Part shown: in pieces, positions 1 through 11,821 of the stretch
Numbering within the stretch: position 1 is the first letter of the stretch
How the letters are laid out: each line of letters starts with the position of its first letter
Source of the DNA: Azolla caroliniana
Lineage: Eukaryota; Plantae; Polypodiophyta
Assembly: GCA_043228905.1 (NCBI GenBank)
Contig: JBHGNT010000018.1
Location: 11,036,001 to 11,100,000, forward strand
Reading direction: 5' to 3'
Length of the DNA stretch: 64,000 nucleotides
Notes under the pieces: model-generated
Told to the model about the DNA's origin: nothing
Database searches by the model: none
Seen by the model: only the letters and a program-made list of their open reading frames with translations
Position numbers and translations under genes: made by a program

Positions 1-7
1 AGTTCGA

Positions 8-2560
8 ATGTGCACACTACCACAAGGAGCGACAAACTCGGTTGCACATATGATGAACGCGATGAACAAGGTGCTTCGAGATTGCATCCCGGAGGTAACG
101 ATGCCGTTTCTAGATGACATTCCGATGAAAGGATGCGCGGTGGAAGAAAAAGATGAGACTATGGATGATCGGGGATGCCGAAAGTTCGTGGTCGACCATA
201 TTCATGATTGCGAGAAAGTGTTGCGAAAGCTAGAAGATGTGCACCTAACACTTTCCGGGGAGAAATCGGCATTCGGGCAAGAAGAAATATTGGTGGTCGG
301 ACATCTATGTGGACCCTACGGCCGAAGACCGTCACCAACAAAGATCGATGCGATTCAAGCTATGAAGGAAGTATGTGAGTCAACATCGGAAGTCCGAAGG
401 TTTCTGGGTGCGTGTGCATTCTATCACATATGGATTCCGCACTATGCACATATAGCGGACCCGCTCTATCACTTGTTGCGGAAAGGTAAGAAATTCGAGT
501 GGAAACCGGAACACATTAAAGCCATGAGGAAGCTCAAGAAGATACTATGGAGGGAGGAATCACTTAAGAAGCCAAGCTACGAGCGGCCAATCATAGTAAC
601 GGTTGATACAAGTCCAACCGGTATCGGGTGGGTCATCAATCAAGCCGACTCGGATGGTTCGCGGTATCCGATCCGATTTGGAGCAAAGGTCCTCAACGAA
701 AGGCAACGCGGATATGCACAAGTCAAAAGAGAATTGTGGGGAGTCGTGTCGGCGATAAAATCGGATCGGGATTATTTGATCGGAGCTGAAGTGGTGATCG
801 AGACGGATTGTCTTCCGATACTCGGGATGATGCGGTGTTGTACGATACCGGATGTGGCTATGCTAAGGTGGATTGCATATGTCAAGTCACTTAATCCGGA
901 GGTTCGACACATCTCGGGGAAGGACAACGCGGTAGCGGACATGTTATCAAGGGCGCGGTTTGAAGACGACATAACCGAATCAGATAATGAAGAAGTTTCC
1001 GAAGACTACTTCACGTCAGAACACATATGCCGAGTGAACGTGATCCGAGAATTCCGGGAAGAAGAATACGAGGGGGAAACCTTGATGATCAGGAAGATGC
1101 TACAAGAGGTCGAGGATTCAACCAATGATAAAGAAAGGAGAGCCGAGATCCGAAGGAAGAAGAGGCAAGTCCAAAAGTTCTTCTTGGAAAACGGTTTAAT
1201 ATGGAGGACGCCGAAAAGACCGGATGGGATACCACTTCGAGTAGTCGGGACGAAAGAGCAACGAAACCGGATAATGTCCGAGTTCCACGAATCCGATTGG
1301 GCTGGACATCGAGGAACATGGGCAACTTTTGTGAAAATCAAGCAAAGATATTGGTGGAAGAACATGTATAAAGATGTCGCGGAGTTCACAGAAAGCTGCG
1401 AGAAATGTCAAGTCTACTCCGGGGTCCGACACCGAGATGAGCTGCATCCGACATTCTCACCGACAATCAACTTCAAGTGGATGGTCGACATTGTAGCTAT
1501 GCCGACCGGGATTGGACAAAAGAAATACTTGGTGTTAGCTCGAGAAGATCTCACAAACCAAGTTGAAGGTCGAGCGCTTCGGAGGAAAACGTGTGCCGCG
1601 GTGTGCCAATTTCTTTTGGAAGAAGTGTTTTGTAGGTACGGCTGCGTAGGACAAGTGATTGCGGACCGGGGAGAACTCGACTCGGACAAAGCTAGGGGAT
1701 TCTTCGCCAAACATGGAGTTCGGTTAACGTTGACAACGGCCTACAATCCGGAGGCCAACGGGAAGATCGAACGAGGACATAGTCCGATCGTGAAAGCACT
1801 TGCGAAGGCATGCGACGGAAGGGTGAAGGATTGGCCACAAATGCTTCCGTATGCACTATGGGCGGATCGGACGACGCATAGCTCCGTGACCGGTTACATG
1901 CCGGCAGAACTCATGACCGGACAAGCACCGGTAATGCCAACGGAAACCGCAATCGCGACATGGACAATACTACCGTGGAAGGAAGAGATGAGTCGGGAAG
2001 AACTACTAGCGGTCCGGATACGACAACTGGAGGGAAGACCGAAAGATGTAGCGGAAGCGTCACGCCGACAACAAGAAGCACGGTTCCGGAACAAAAGCCG
2101 GTTTGACACAAAGCACCGACTACGACCGAGGAGGATTGAAGAAGGAGATTGGGTGATCGTCTATGATAGTAGCTTGGACCATCAACATACAACGATGCGG
2201 AAATTCGCGAAAAGGTGGTTCGGGCCGTACGAGGTTCGGAAGGTCTTCGACAACGGGACGTACCGACTGTCCGAGTTGGATGGAACAATACTACGAGTGC
2301 CTATAGCCGGGAAGCGGGTGAAGATTTTCAAGAAGCGGACCGACGACAAACCTTATGTGATCCAAGTCGAGGCCGACAACGAGGAGCAATCGGACGAAGA
2401 CCACAATGATGCGGGAAGCGAAGAAAGTGGATTACAACTCATAGTCGACATAAGGGGAGAATCGGAGGAAGCTTCGGATGAAGACGGATACGAAGAATCA
2501 AGAACTTCGGCACATACCGGAGGATGTGCGGGTTTGGAGGGGGCGAGTGTCGTAGTGTAG
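8..2560 (+). CDS. pol: Ty3/gypsy pol, 3' part (RT C-term, RNase H, integrase); non-chromovirus, Phygy-like; 5'-truncated by window edge
   Basis: Open 850-aa frame with LPQGATNS/FLDD (RT), VDTS...ELWGV...TDC (RNase H), H-x6-H...CEKC zinc finger, D,D(35)E core (VDIV, ADRG, KIER) and WFGPY module; no chromodomain. Confidence 0.93.
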   Translation: MCTLPQGATNSVAHMMNAMNKVLRDCIPEVTMPFLDDIPMKGCAVEEKDETMDDRGCRKFVVDHIHDCEKVLRKLEDVHLTLSGEKSAFGQEEILVVGHLCGPYGRRPSPTKIDAIQAMKEVCESTSEVRRFLGACAFYHIWIPHYAHIADPLYHLLRKGKKFEWKPEHIKAMRKLKKILWREESLKKPSYERPIIVTVDTSPTGIGWVINQADSDGSRYPIRFGAKVLNERQRGYAQVKRELWGVVSAIKSDRDYLIGAEVVIETDCLPILGMMRCCTIPDVAMLRWIAYVKSLNPEVRHISGKDNAVADMLSRARFEDDITESDNEEVSEDYFTSEHICRVNVIREFREEEYEGETLMIRKMLQEVEDSTNDKERRAEIRRKKRQVQKFFLENGLIWRTPKRPDGIPLRVVGTKEQRNRIMSEFHESDWAGHRGTWATFVKIKQRYWWKNMYKDVAEFTESCEKCQVYSGVRHRDELHPTFSPTINFKWMVDIVAMPTGIGQKKYLVLAREDLTNQVEGRALRRKTCAAVCQFLLEEVFCRYGCVGQVIADRGELDSDKARGFFAKHGVRLTLTTAYNPEANGKIERGHSPIVKALAKACDGRVKDWPQMLPYALWADRTTHSSVTGYMPAELMTGQAPVMPTETAIATWTILPWKEEMSREELLAVRIRQLEGRPKDVAEASRRQQEARFRNKSRFDTKHRLRPRRIEEGDWVIVYDSSLDHQHTTMRKFAKRWFGPYEVRKVFDNGTYRLSELDGTILRVPIAGKRVKIFKKRTDDKPYVIQVEADNEEQSDEDHNDAGSEESGLQLIVDIRGESEEASDEDGYEESRTSAHTGGCAGLEGASVVV

Positions 2561-2637
2561 GTTGCACACTATGCGGAAATTATATTTTTGTCCCTCCGGA
2601 TAGAGAATGGAGTGCTCGGGGAGAACCGGAAGAAAAC

Positions 2638-2740
2638 GGCATACCGGCAAGGAGGAAAAACGGCATACCGGCAAGCATACCGGCAAGGAGGAAAACGGCA
2701 TACCGGCAAGGAGGAAAAACGGCATACCGGCAAGGAGGAG
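2638..2740 (+). repeat. ~24-bp tandem repeat (CGGCATACCGGCAAGGAGGAAAAA) in U3
   Basis: About 4 copies plus a partial, seen directly; absent from the related solo LTR at 46053. Confidence 0.85.
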
Positions 2741-2786
2741 CCGGATAAAGAGACATAAATGTAAAAAGAAGGGAAATACTCACTAC

Positions 2787-2858
2787 TGCGCAGGGCGTGA
2801 TTCGAACTCTGCACCTCCACATTGACAAACCCTAACCTTACCATTACATTAAATTATC
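2787..2858 (-). promoter_or_regulatory. tRNA-like A-box/B-box cassette inside LTR
   Basis: Minus strand reads TAATGTAATGGTAAG ... GGAGGTGCAGAGTTCGAATC with tRNA-like spacing. Confidence 0.55.
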
Positions 2859-3393
2859 TTAAGTGTTTTAAATATAGATTTAATATGTATAAGACCTTTA
2901 TTTATGCATACCTTTATTAAAAGGTAAATCGTGTATTTCTTTAATATATGAAAAAGAAAAAACACGAGACACTAAAAATAACTCATGCACATCTAGCGTG
3001 CATGAGCCCTATACTTAGGAAATAAAAAAGCATCACATGCACATTTAGTGGACATGAACACTTTTTGTAAAAATAAAAAAGCATGAAGCCATGCTTAGCT
3101 CTTCCTTCCTTATATAAGGAGGAGAGAAATATGTAAAGGGTTGTTGATTTTTGGATTAAGAATTAATCAATAGAAAAATTATTCGTGGGATTCACGATTT
3201 ATACATCTACTTCTCTCTTAACACCCTAAGTACCAATTAATATAGTATACTCGTGTGATTCACGAGTTTCTTATCTTTCTCTTTGCTATTTACTCATAAT
3301 TAATCTCTATCTCACGAACTCCTTTCTCCTAGTCCAAGACCTCTGTGGTTCCCACCCGACTCACGCAACGATCCGGAGCCGAAAGGCACGACA

Positions 3394-4050
3394 CAGTCGG
3401 GAAGTCTTTGTGTGTCAATTGCGTCATTTGCTCCTTCGACATAGCTCCAGTAACCGTGCCCAAGTAGGTACTGGTGCATTTTGTAGGACCAAGATGTGTA
3501 GTTGGTTCTGTCGAGCTTCTTTGTCGGAAGCGAGCTAGCCATTCCTCTGTCCATCGGTTTTCTTGTTCTTGTTCGTTGGTTTTTCCTTCAAGCAAAGTCG
3601 ATTGCAGAGGTTTTCAACACTCGCGCTCTGATACCATGAAAAGAATGGCGTGCTGAAGTAATATAGGAAACCGAACAACAGAAAACGCAGGTTTAATGGA
3701 AAGCTTAGGTTTGCACAGTACGCATGGGAGAGAGAGAGAGAGAGAGTAAAAACTAGAACTATATTCAAAATAATACTCAATCTGTACATCGTGTGTGTTC
3801 AATGAACTCTTTTATACAAGTCCTTTTCAGACTGACAAAAGTACTAACAGTACTTCAATGCTCATTAAGGAGCCCCTACACTAACTCCCAAATATATTCC
3901 TTGTGGAATATCTTTCCGATGGCCTCACGGTTTCTGCACCGATCCGGCCTTCCTATGCACCGGTCTGCGTACCGGTATCGATCCGTCCCAACCGATCCGG
4001 TCCTCGGCTTGCTCAGCCGATCCGGCCGACGTTGAGCTTGTCTCTCAACA
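3394..4050 (-). mobile_element. Ty1/copia 5' end: 5' LTR (3637-4050), PBS tRNA-iMet (3625-3636), gag N-terminus; interrupted by the gypsy at 3393
   Basis: TGGTATCAGAGC PBS on minus strand; MDRGMASSLPTKKLDRTNY gag matches 58957 copy; LTR homologous to 53732-54184 and 59030-59482. Confidence 0.9.
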
Positions 4051-4399
4051 CGTCCCATACCACCGTCGTGGCGTCGAGTCGTACCTGGTGCTGGCGCGCT
4101 CGCTACAAGAGTTGACCCACCACAAGACAGAGTCTCGACGTAGTCAACAAGGTACTGAAATGAGGGTAGCTAGGCTTCTATTTATAGCGATACCCAAGGC
4201 CCCCAGCCATGTTCACACTTGGCCTAATGGGTTGTCTCAATCCCGAGGATTTAAAAGTAATCCTCCCCTTCTTTACACTCTCGTTTAACCCTCACACTTA
4301 TCCACGTGTATAGAATACTACAGTAAATTCTCACCACGGGATATTATATGGTCATGCCCGTAACATACTCCCCCTCTTTAAAACATTGCACTCTTGCAA

Positions 4400-7104
4400 T
4401 GGAAAGTTAGGGAAGTTAGTTTTGAGAGTATTTTCGCGTTCCCATGTGGCATCTTTTATTGATTTATCCATTGATTTTATTTTAAATTCTCAGATTTCTT
4501 TAGTACGTAATTTTTTTGTTTTAACATCGAGAATTCATGTGGTTTAGAAGATAAATCTTCAGAAGTAACCAGAGTGTCAGTTGTAACTGTATTGTTGCCA
4601 GAACCTAGAAGTTCTTTTAGACGACTCACATGAAAGACTGGATGAATTCCAATACCATCGGGAAGAGCGAGACGATAGGCTAATGACCCAATGCGTTTGA
4701 GGACTATAAAAGGTCCACAAAACCGTGGGGCCAACTTAGTGCACTTACCCGTAGACAATGTCTTAGAATTGTGAGGTACACGTAAAAATACCTTCTGTCC
4801 AAGGTTCAATACACGAGGTTGCCTATGATGATCGGCATAAAAACACGCTCTATCTTGAGCTATTTTTATATTATCTCGTGCAATATGCAACATATCTTGC
4901 ATATCCCGAAGAAAGTTTTGTGTACTTCGCAACTCATCATGATGTATATTAATATCAATCGGGGCTCGTGGCTAAAAACCATACATCAACATAAAAGGAC
5001 ATATCCTTGGAGCTGTTATAAGCAAACTCCAAAATTGGGAGATAATGTTCTCAATAATTTGATTTACTCATTCTGTTTATCCATCGGATTGAGGGTGATC
5101 TGTGGAGCTCATGCTCAACATAGTTTCTAACTTCTTAAAGAATTGCGTCCAGAAGTCACTAGTAAATTTTGGATCTCGATCACTGACGATATCCATCAGT
5201 AACCCATAAAAACGAAATAACTCATCAACGAATTGGTAAGACAATTCAAGAGCTGTTACCGTGGTTTTAGTAGCAATAAGTCTGGCCATTTTAGTTAGTC
5301 TATCAACCACAACCCAAATGGCATCATGGCCTTTTTGGGTGCGAGGAAGGCTAACAATAAAATCCATGGATATACTTTCCCACTTATTATTGGGAATGTC
5401 CAAGGGATGTAAAAGTCATGCGGCTTTAAGTCGCTCGGCTTTGTTAACCTGACATTGGTGACATTTAGTCACATAGATATGTATGTCAGGGCGCATCTTA
5501 GGCCAATAGAATTGAGTGGAGATGAGAACGAGTGTACGATGTATTCCAGGGTGCCCTGCTGAGGGTGCGTCATGGCTTTCAAAAAGAATTCTCTTTTTGA
5601 CCTCAGGCAAATCTGGAACACAAACCTTCCCATTACGGTAGAGCAGACCGTTAGCAATGTGGAAGTATTCCTTCGAGGATGTGGTGGTGTCAGTTCTAGA
5701 CCCAACTCTTGCCCAGCATTTTGCGAAATAACTGTCATAAGGATACTTTCCTCGAAGGTGATCATAAAGATCTGATGTTATTTCAGTGAAGCTAAGCATG
5801 TTAACTTCACGGATGCGACTTAGTGCATCAGCGACAGTGTTCACGGAACCTTTACGATATCGTATGGAAAAATCAAAGTCCTACATGAGATCAGCCCATC
5901 GTGCCTTACAACCTTTCAAGTCTAGTTGGTCACAAAAATATTTTGAAGGACTCGTGGTCCGTAATTACCACAAAGCGATTTCCATAAAGATAATGGCGCC
6001 ATGTTTTGAGCGCATGTATAACTACAAATAATTCCTTTTCTTAAACGGTATACTGACATTGAGCAGAATCAAGTTTCTTACTCTCGAATGCTATTGGTTT
6101 ACCATCTTGATATAAGACATCACCTATAGCATAATCGCTTGCATCGGTTTCAACCTCAAAAGGTTTTGAAGGATCGGGTAAAAGAAGTGAAGGAGCCTTG
6201 CACACCAGGTCCTTCAGTTCCTTAAAGGCAAGGTCTTGTGTAGCATTCCAGACAATAGGTTTTGTAGGCTTACGCGTTTGACCTTTTAAAAGATCAGTAA
6301 ACGACGTCGTCAATTGGGAGTAATTACGAAGTGATTTTTGCAAAAACCCGACAAAACCAAGGAATGATCGAACTTCTCGAATATTCCGAAGAGTGGGCGA
6401 AAGCTTGATTTTCTCGATGCGAGAAGGATCAATTTCAACTCCTCGTTCGGTTATGAGATGTCCAAGATAAGTAAATGATTTCTTGAAGAACTCACATTTT
6501 GAGATCTTCGCATAAAATTGTTTGTCACACAATGTTTGTAAAACAAAGCGGACATGTTTAGCATGTTCTTGTAATGTACAACTATAAACTAAAATATCAT
6601 CCAAGAAAATAACGACAAATTTTCCAAGTTGTTCTCGGAAAATGTCATTCATTTCTTGTTGAAATGTAGCCGGAGCATTGGTTAAACCAAAACGCATAAC
6701 CAAAAACTCACAATGGCCATAGTGCATACGAAATGCCGTTTTAGGAACATTGTCCTCATTTATACGAATTTGATGGTAGCCAGTACGGAGATCAAGTTTC
6801 GTAAAATACCGAGCTCGCTGGAGACGGTCAATTAGATCGCCAGCCCGAGGCAATGGATACAAATTCTTGATCATCACTTTATTCAAGCGTCGGTAATTAA
6901 TACACATACGCCATGTGCCCTCTTTCTTTTTAACCAAGAGAACTGGTGCACCCTATGGAGATTTACTATAACGTATATAACCCATTCGTAAATAGTCCTT
7001 GAGTTGCTTAGATACCTCATCCTCTTCGAATCGACTTAAGCGATAAGGAGGTATACTTATAGGTGCAATGCCAGGTACAATATCTATACGATGGTCTATA
7101 TTAC
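4400..7104 (-). pseudogene. pol: Chromovirus pol (RT, RNase H, integrase, chromodomain), fragmented
   Basis: ORF pieces 6041-6937, 5416-5844, 5077-5403, 4477-4932 in canonical gypsy order. Confidence 0.88.
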
Positions 7105-7109
7105 GTTTA

Positions 7110-7707
7110 TGTTGGGATTTCGGTCCCTCCGGATGGGATGTCCGGAGATGAATGACGGCAAGCCCGGTTGCGGTTACGGAACCGGAGGATGAAGAGTACC
7201 CGGCTACGGAGCCGGATGATGAAGACCCCGGCTACGGAGCCGGATGATGAATGTACCCGGAGAGAGATCCGGATGCGGGGACATATTTGTGAATATGTTT
7301 GCCAAGGGCCCTTGAGGCTATATTTGTAAATAGCCCGAAAGTCATATGTGTATAAATATGACTTAGGGCAAACAGTTGTTGTTGTTGCTCACATTTTCTG
7401 TTTTCACTTAGAGGGAGTGAAGAGAGCAGCCGAGAGAGAGATAGAGAGAGAGACGAAGAGGTCGTTGCCTCTGTGTATTACCGCCGACTGTGGCGAAGAC
7501 AGTGAGCTCAAGGTTGTCGCCTTGTAGCTTCACCATTGTACATCTCTGTTTATAGTGATAGTTGGAGTTTGAGGACTCCCGTGGTTTTTCCCATTTAGGG
7601 TTTTCCACGTAAAACATCCTGTGTACTCTTCTCTCTATTGTCTTCGTGCATTTTGTTTCTGTGAGTTGATCCTATTCCTCGGTTGTGGCCGAGCACTGTG
7701 TTTAACA
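7110..7707 (+). repeat. 5' LTR of intact copia
   Basis: TGTTGGG...TTAACA; about 4 substitutions versus the 3' LTR by eye. Confidence 0.97.
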
Positions 7708-7709
7708 AG

Positions 7710-7721
7710 TGGTATCAGAGC
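7710..7721 (+). promoter_or_regulatory. PBS, tRNA-iMet
   Basis: TGGTATCAGAGC, 2 nt after the LTR. Confidence 0.95.
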
Positions 7722-7737
7722 AACGGTAACACAGAAA

Positions 7738-10700
7738 ATGGAAGGCGGCGGTAGTGGGCCTCCGGGCATGATGGTGTTGAACTCACAGAACTACGCCGAC
7801 TGGAAGATAAAGATGGAAGACCTTCTCATTGTCAGAGACCTGTACGAACCGATCGACAATGCTGAGATACCCAAGGGGGTGATAGAGTCGGAGTGGAGGC
7901 TTCTGAACCGGAAAGCCGTTGCAACCATTCGGCAATACGTCGACGTGAGCGTTCTACAACATGTGGCGAACGACACCATCGCATATGAGATGTGGCGGAA
8001 GCTGTCGGGCCTCTACGAGAGGAAGAATGCGTTGAACCGGACCTCCCTGATGAGGAAGATAGTGAACCTCAAGTACCGGGACGGCGAGAGTATGGTGGAA
8101 CACGTAAGCATGTTCATGGGATTCGTGAACCAGCTTGCGGCGATCAAGTTCCCGTTGGAGGATGCAATGCAAGCCATCATTCTGATGTGTACATTGCCGG
8201 AAAGCTGGGAGAACTTGGTGGTGACTCTCAGCACCTCCTGCACCGAAGATAACTTGTCCCTAAAAACGGTAAAGACAAGTATTTTGAACGAAGAAGCGCG
8301 TCGGAGAGATAAAGAACCGGCCTCCGATCCGAAGATGCTGCTTACCGAATCGGATCGGGGAAGACAACGGAACCGGAGTCCGCAAAGACGGGAGAAGTCG
8401 GGGACCCGGTCGCAGTCAAGAGGAAGGCCCACATGCTTCCACTGTGGGAAGCCGGGGCACTTCCGAAAGAATTGTCGGCATTACCGAAAAGACAACGGAG
8501 CCGACGACACCGATTCGAAGAAGTCTTCGGAACGGAACGGTGCTTACCGGGGAGCCACGGACCGGAATGGTTCGGATTGGCGAGGGCAGGACCGGAAAGG
8601 AACGACGGCACTCGCGGCAAGTGAAGAGGAGATCATGCTCATCACCGAAGAAGGTGAACTAAACATTGCCGGCGATGAGACTACCTGGGTGGTCGATTCC
8701 GGAGCGTCGTTCCACCTGACCCCGGAAAGAAGATACTTCTCATCCTACACAGCCGGTGAGCATGGCTGTGTTCGGATGGGAAATGAAGGTACGTGCCGGA
8801 TTGCCGGCATAGGAGACGTGTGGTTGACAACCTCGACCGGATGCAAAATGTTGCTGAAGGATGTCCGACACGTTCCGGAGGTTCGATTGAACCTGATTTC
8901 GGCCGGGAGGCTAGACGATGAAGGCTACACAGGTAGCATCCGGAACGGTGTCATGAAGTTCAGCAAAGGAAGCCTGATAGTGGCTCGGGCCCGGAAGGTC
9001 AACACACTGTACCTGATGAATTCCCGGCTATGTCCGGAGGAGCTGAACGTGGCAGCTGACACTGCCGGTGAGCTGTGGCACAAGAGACTGTGCCACATGA
9101 GCGAGAAGGGGATGAAGAGGCTTGCCGAAGACAACCTGATTCCGGTAAAGCACGTACACTTGGGGAAGTGTACCGACTGTCTGGCCGGTAAGCAAAACCG
9201 GACCTCCTTCCGCTCAAGACCACCGATGAGACGTAGTGTACCATTGGAGTTGGTACACACTGATGTGTGTCAGGTAGAAACGAAGTCACATGGCGGAGCC
9301 CAGTACTTCGTAACATTAATAGATGACCATAGCCGGAAGCTGTGGGCGGCACCGTTGAAGACAAAGGACCAAGTATTGTCCGTCTTCAAAGAACTCCACG
9401 CGAGAGTGGAAAGAGAATCCGGCAAGAAGCTGAAAGCAGTACGAGTGGATAACGGAGGAGAATACCGAGGGCAATTTGAGGAGTATTGCCGTTCGATGGG
9501 AATCCGGCTCAAGTTTACTGTGCCGAAGACGCCGGAACTGAACGGGCTGGCCGAGAGGATGAACCGGACCATAATGGAGAGGGTCCGGAGTATGCTGGCG
9601 CATGCGAAATTACCCAAGGGGTTTTGGGCTGAGGCAATGTTGACGGCGACATATGTGATAAATAGATCACCCTCAGTACCCCTGGATGGAGACACGCCAC
9701 AGAGAGTGTGGACCGGTAAGGAAGTGTCTTACCGGCATCTGAAGGTGTTTGGGTGTCTCGCATACGTGCATGTGGCAAAGGACCGGAGAGGAATGTTAGA
9801 TCCAAAGACCCGGCCATGCATATTCCTCGGTTACGGCGACGACGAGTTCGGCTACCGAGTATGGGACCCGGTCGACAAGAAGATATTCCGGAGTCGTGAT
9901 ATCATCTTCATGGAGGACAAGAAACTCGCGGACTGGGAGTCGGAAAAGAAGATGAAGAGCTCCAAGTCGACCGGTGAGGATCAACTCTACGAGGAGCAGT
10001 CCCGACCGGCAAGGGATCGGTTAGCACTCGAGGATCCGGCCGAAGACGGTGAAGAAACAGAACCGGCCGAGGAAGATGAAACTGATACTGGAACCGGCCC
10101 CGATCCCGGAATGGATTCGGATGAAGAGGAAACGGAGGAGCCGGTTACCGAAGCTCCAGAACGGAGATATCCTCTAAGAGAGAGAAGGGTCCCCCGGAGA
10201 TTTCCAGAACCAGAGCACGTGCTGCTAACCGACGAGGGGGAGCCGGAGAGTTTTGAAGAAGCAAAGCTTGACACCCATAGCCGCAGGTGGTTAAGTGCCA
10301 TGCAGGAGGAGATGGATTCCCTGCATGAGAACCACACATATGAACTTGTGGAGTTGCCGAAAGGAAAGCGGGCACTTCGAAACAAGTGGGTGTTCAAGCT
10401 GAAACCGGGAGATGCCGAAAACCCCCCGAGATACAAAGCCAGGATCGTGGTGAAGGGGTTCCAGCAGAAGAAGGGCGTCGACTTCGACGAGATATTTGCC
10501 CCGGTAGTGAAGATGACCTCCATCCGGACGGTGCTGAGCATAGCGGCAAGCATGGACCTCGAGGTAGAACAGATGGACGTGAAGACGACATTCCTTCACG
10601 GTGACCTCGAAGAAGAAATCTACATGCAGCAACCGGAAGGATTCGAGAAGAAAGGGAAGGAGCACCTGGTATGCCGGTTGAAGAAGAGCCTTTACGGACT

Positions 10701-11811
10701 GAAGCAGGCTCCCCGGCAATGGTACCGGAAGTTCGACTCTTTCATGACCAACGAAGGGTACCACAAAACGCAGTCCGATCACTGCGTGTTTGTGAAGAAG
10801 TTCGAAGAAGGAGTCTTTCTAATACTCCTCCTGTACGTGGACGACATGTTGATCGTCGGACGGGACCAGGTCAAGATACGGATGCTGAAGAAAGCGCTTC
10901 ACCGAACCTTCTCAATGAAGGACCTGGGTCCGGCGAGGCAAATACTAGGGATGCACATCATCCGGGACCGGAAGAAGAAGCAGTTGTGGCTGTCACAGGA
11001 GAAGTACGTGACAAAGGTGCTTCAACGGTTCAACATGTCGGAAGCAAGACCGGTCGGATCGACCCTCCCGGCAAATTGCAAGTTATCCGGCAAGCAAAGT
11101 CCCAAGACAAAAGTTGAAAAGGAGGATATGATGAAGATACCATATGCCTCTGCCGTCGGGAGCTTGATGTACGCAATGGTGTGTACCCGACCGGACATTG
11201 GATACGCAGTCGGAGTGGTGAGCCGGTATATGAGTAATCCCGGCAAGGAGCACTGGAACGCGGTCAAATGGATACTCCGATACTTAAAGGGCACTTCGAA
11301 CATGTGCCTCCGATTCGGCTCCGGTAAGCCCGAACTCGATGGATTTACCGATTCGGACATGTCGGCTGATGCGGATACCAGCCGGTCTACATCTGGGTAT
11401 GTAATGACATATGCAGGGGGAGCCGTTTCGTGGCAGTCGAGGTTGCAAAAGACGGTTGCGTTGTCAACCACGGAGGCGGAGTACATGGCGGCTGTTGAAG
11501 CCGTCAAGGAAATAATATGGATGAAGGACTTCATTAGAGAGCTCGGTATCCGGCAGGAGGAGTACCGGCTCTACAGCGATAGTCAGAGTGCCATCCACCT
11601 TGCGAAGAACGCGGCCTACCATTCCCGGACGAAACACATCCAGCGTAGATACCACTGGATTCGGGAAAGGATAGAAGACAAGGAGTTCGTGCTGACGAAG
11701 ATCCACACGGACGAGAACGGATCGGATATGCTGACCAAGGTGCTCACACCCGACAAGCTGGAAGCATGCCGGAAGAGGATTGGATTGGAGAGACATCCCA
11801 TGCCGAAGTGA
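7738..11811 (+). CDS. gag-pol: Gag-Pol polyprotein (gag, CCHC knuckle, protease, GAG-pre-integrase, integrase, RT, RNase H), 1357 aa
   Basis: First ATG after PBS; CFHCGKPGHFRKNC, WVVDSGAS, WHKRLCH...CTDC, VHTD, YKARIVVKGF, LYVDD, STTEAEY. Confidence 0.96.
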   Translation: MEGGGSGPPGMMVLNSQNYADWKIKMEDLLIVRDLYEPIDNAEIPKGVIESEWRLLNRKAVATIRQYVDVSVLQHVANDTIAYEMWRKLSGLYERKNALNRTSLMRKIVNLKYRDGESMVEHVSMFMGFVNQLAAIKFPLEDAMQAIILMCTLPESWENLVVTLSTSCTEDNLSLKTVKTSILNEEARRRDKEPASDPKMLLTESDRGRQRNRSPQRREKSGTRSQSRGRPTCFHCGKPGHFRKNCRHYRKDNGADDTDSKKSSERNGAYRGATDRNGSDWRGQDRKGTTALAASEEEIMLITEEGELNIAGDETTWVVDSGASFHLTPERRYFSSYTAGEHGCVRMGNEGTCRIAGIGDVWLTTSTGCKMLLKDVRHVPEVRLNLISAGRLDDEGYTGSIRNGVMKFSKGSLIVARARKVNTLYLMNSRLCPEELNVAADTAGELWHKRLCHMSEKGMKRLAEDNLIPVKHVHLGKCTDCLAGKQNRTSFRSRPPMRRSVPLELVHTDVCQVETKSHGGAQYFVTLIDDHSRKLWAAPLKTKDQVLSVFKELHARVERESGKKLKAVRVDNGGEYRGQFEEYCRSMGIRLKFTVPKTPELNGLAERMNRTIMERVRSMLAHAKLPKGFWAEAMLTATYVINRSPSVPLDGDTPQRVWTGKEVSYRHLKVFGCLAYVHVAKDRRGMLDPKTRPCIFLGYGDDEFGYRVWDPVDKKIFRSRDIIFMEDKKLADWESEKKMKSSKSTGEDQLYEEQSRPARDRLALEDPAEDGEETEPAEEDETDTGTGPDPGMDSDEEETEEPVTEAPERRYPLRERRVPRRFPEPEHVLLTDEGEPESFEEAKLDTHSRRWLSAMQEEMDSLHENHTYELVELPKGKRALRNKWVFKLKPGDAENPPRYKARIVVKGFQQKKGVDFDEIFAPVVKMTSIRTVLSIAASMDLEVEQMDVKTTFLHGDLEEEIYMQQPEGFEKKGKEHLVCRLKKSLYGLKQAPRQWYRKFDSFMTNEGYHKTQSDHCVFVKKFEEGVFLILLLYVDDMLIVGRDQVKIRMLKKALHRTFSMKDLGPARQILGMHIIRDRKKKQLWLSQEKYVTKVLQRFNMSEARPVGSTLPANCKLSGKQSPKTKVEKEDMMKIPYASAVGSLMYAMVCTRPDIGYAVGVVSRYMSNPGKEHWNAVKWILRYLKGTSNMCLRFGSGKPELDGFTDSDMSADADTSRSTSGYVMTYAGGAVSWQSRLQKTVALSTTEAEYMAAVEAVKEIIWMKDFIRELGIRQEEYRLYSDSQSAIHLAKNAAYHSRTKHIQRRYHWIRERIEDKEFVLTKIHTDENGSDMLTKVLTPDKLEACRKRIGLERHPMPK

Positions 11812-11821
11812 AGGGGGAGTT

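Larger units (their letters stand above)
2548..3393 (+). mobile_element. 3' LTR of Phygy-like gypsy element
   Basis: TGTCGT...ACGACA inverted termini; PPT GGAGGGGGCGAG immediately upstream; TATA CCTTATATAAGG near 3110; shares ends and internal blocks with solo LTR 46053-46815. Confidence 0.9.

Noticed and set aside
7621-7737. 39-aa N-terminal extension of the 1396-aa ORF
   Set aside because: Starts at GTG within the LTR and crosses the PBS; ATG 7738 is the plausible start.
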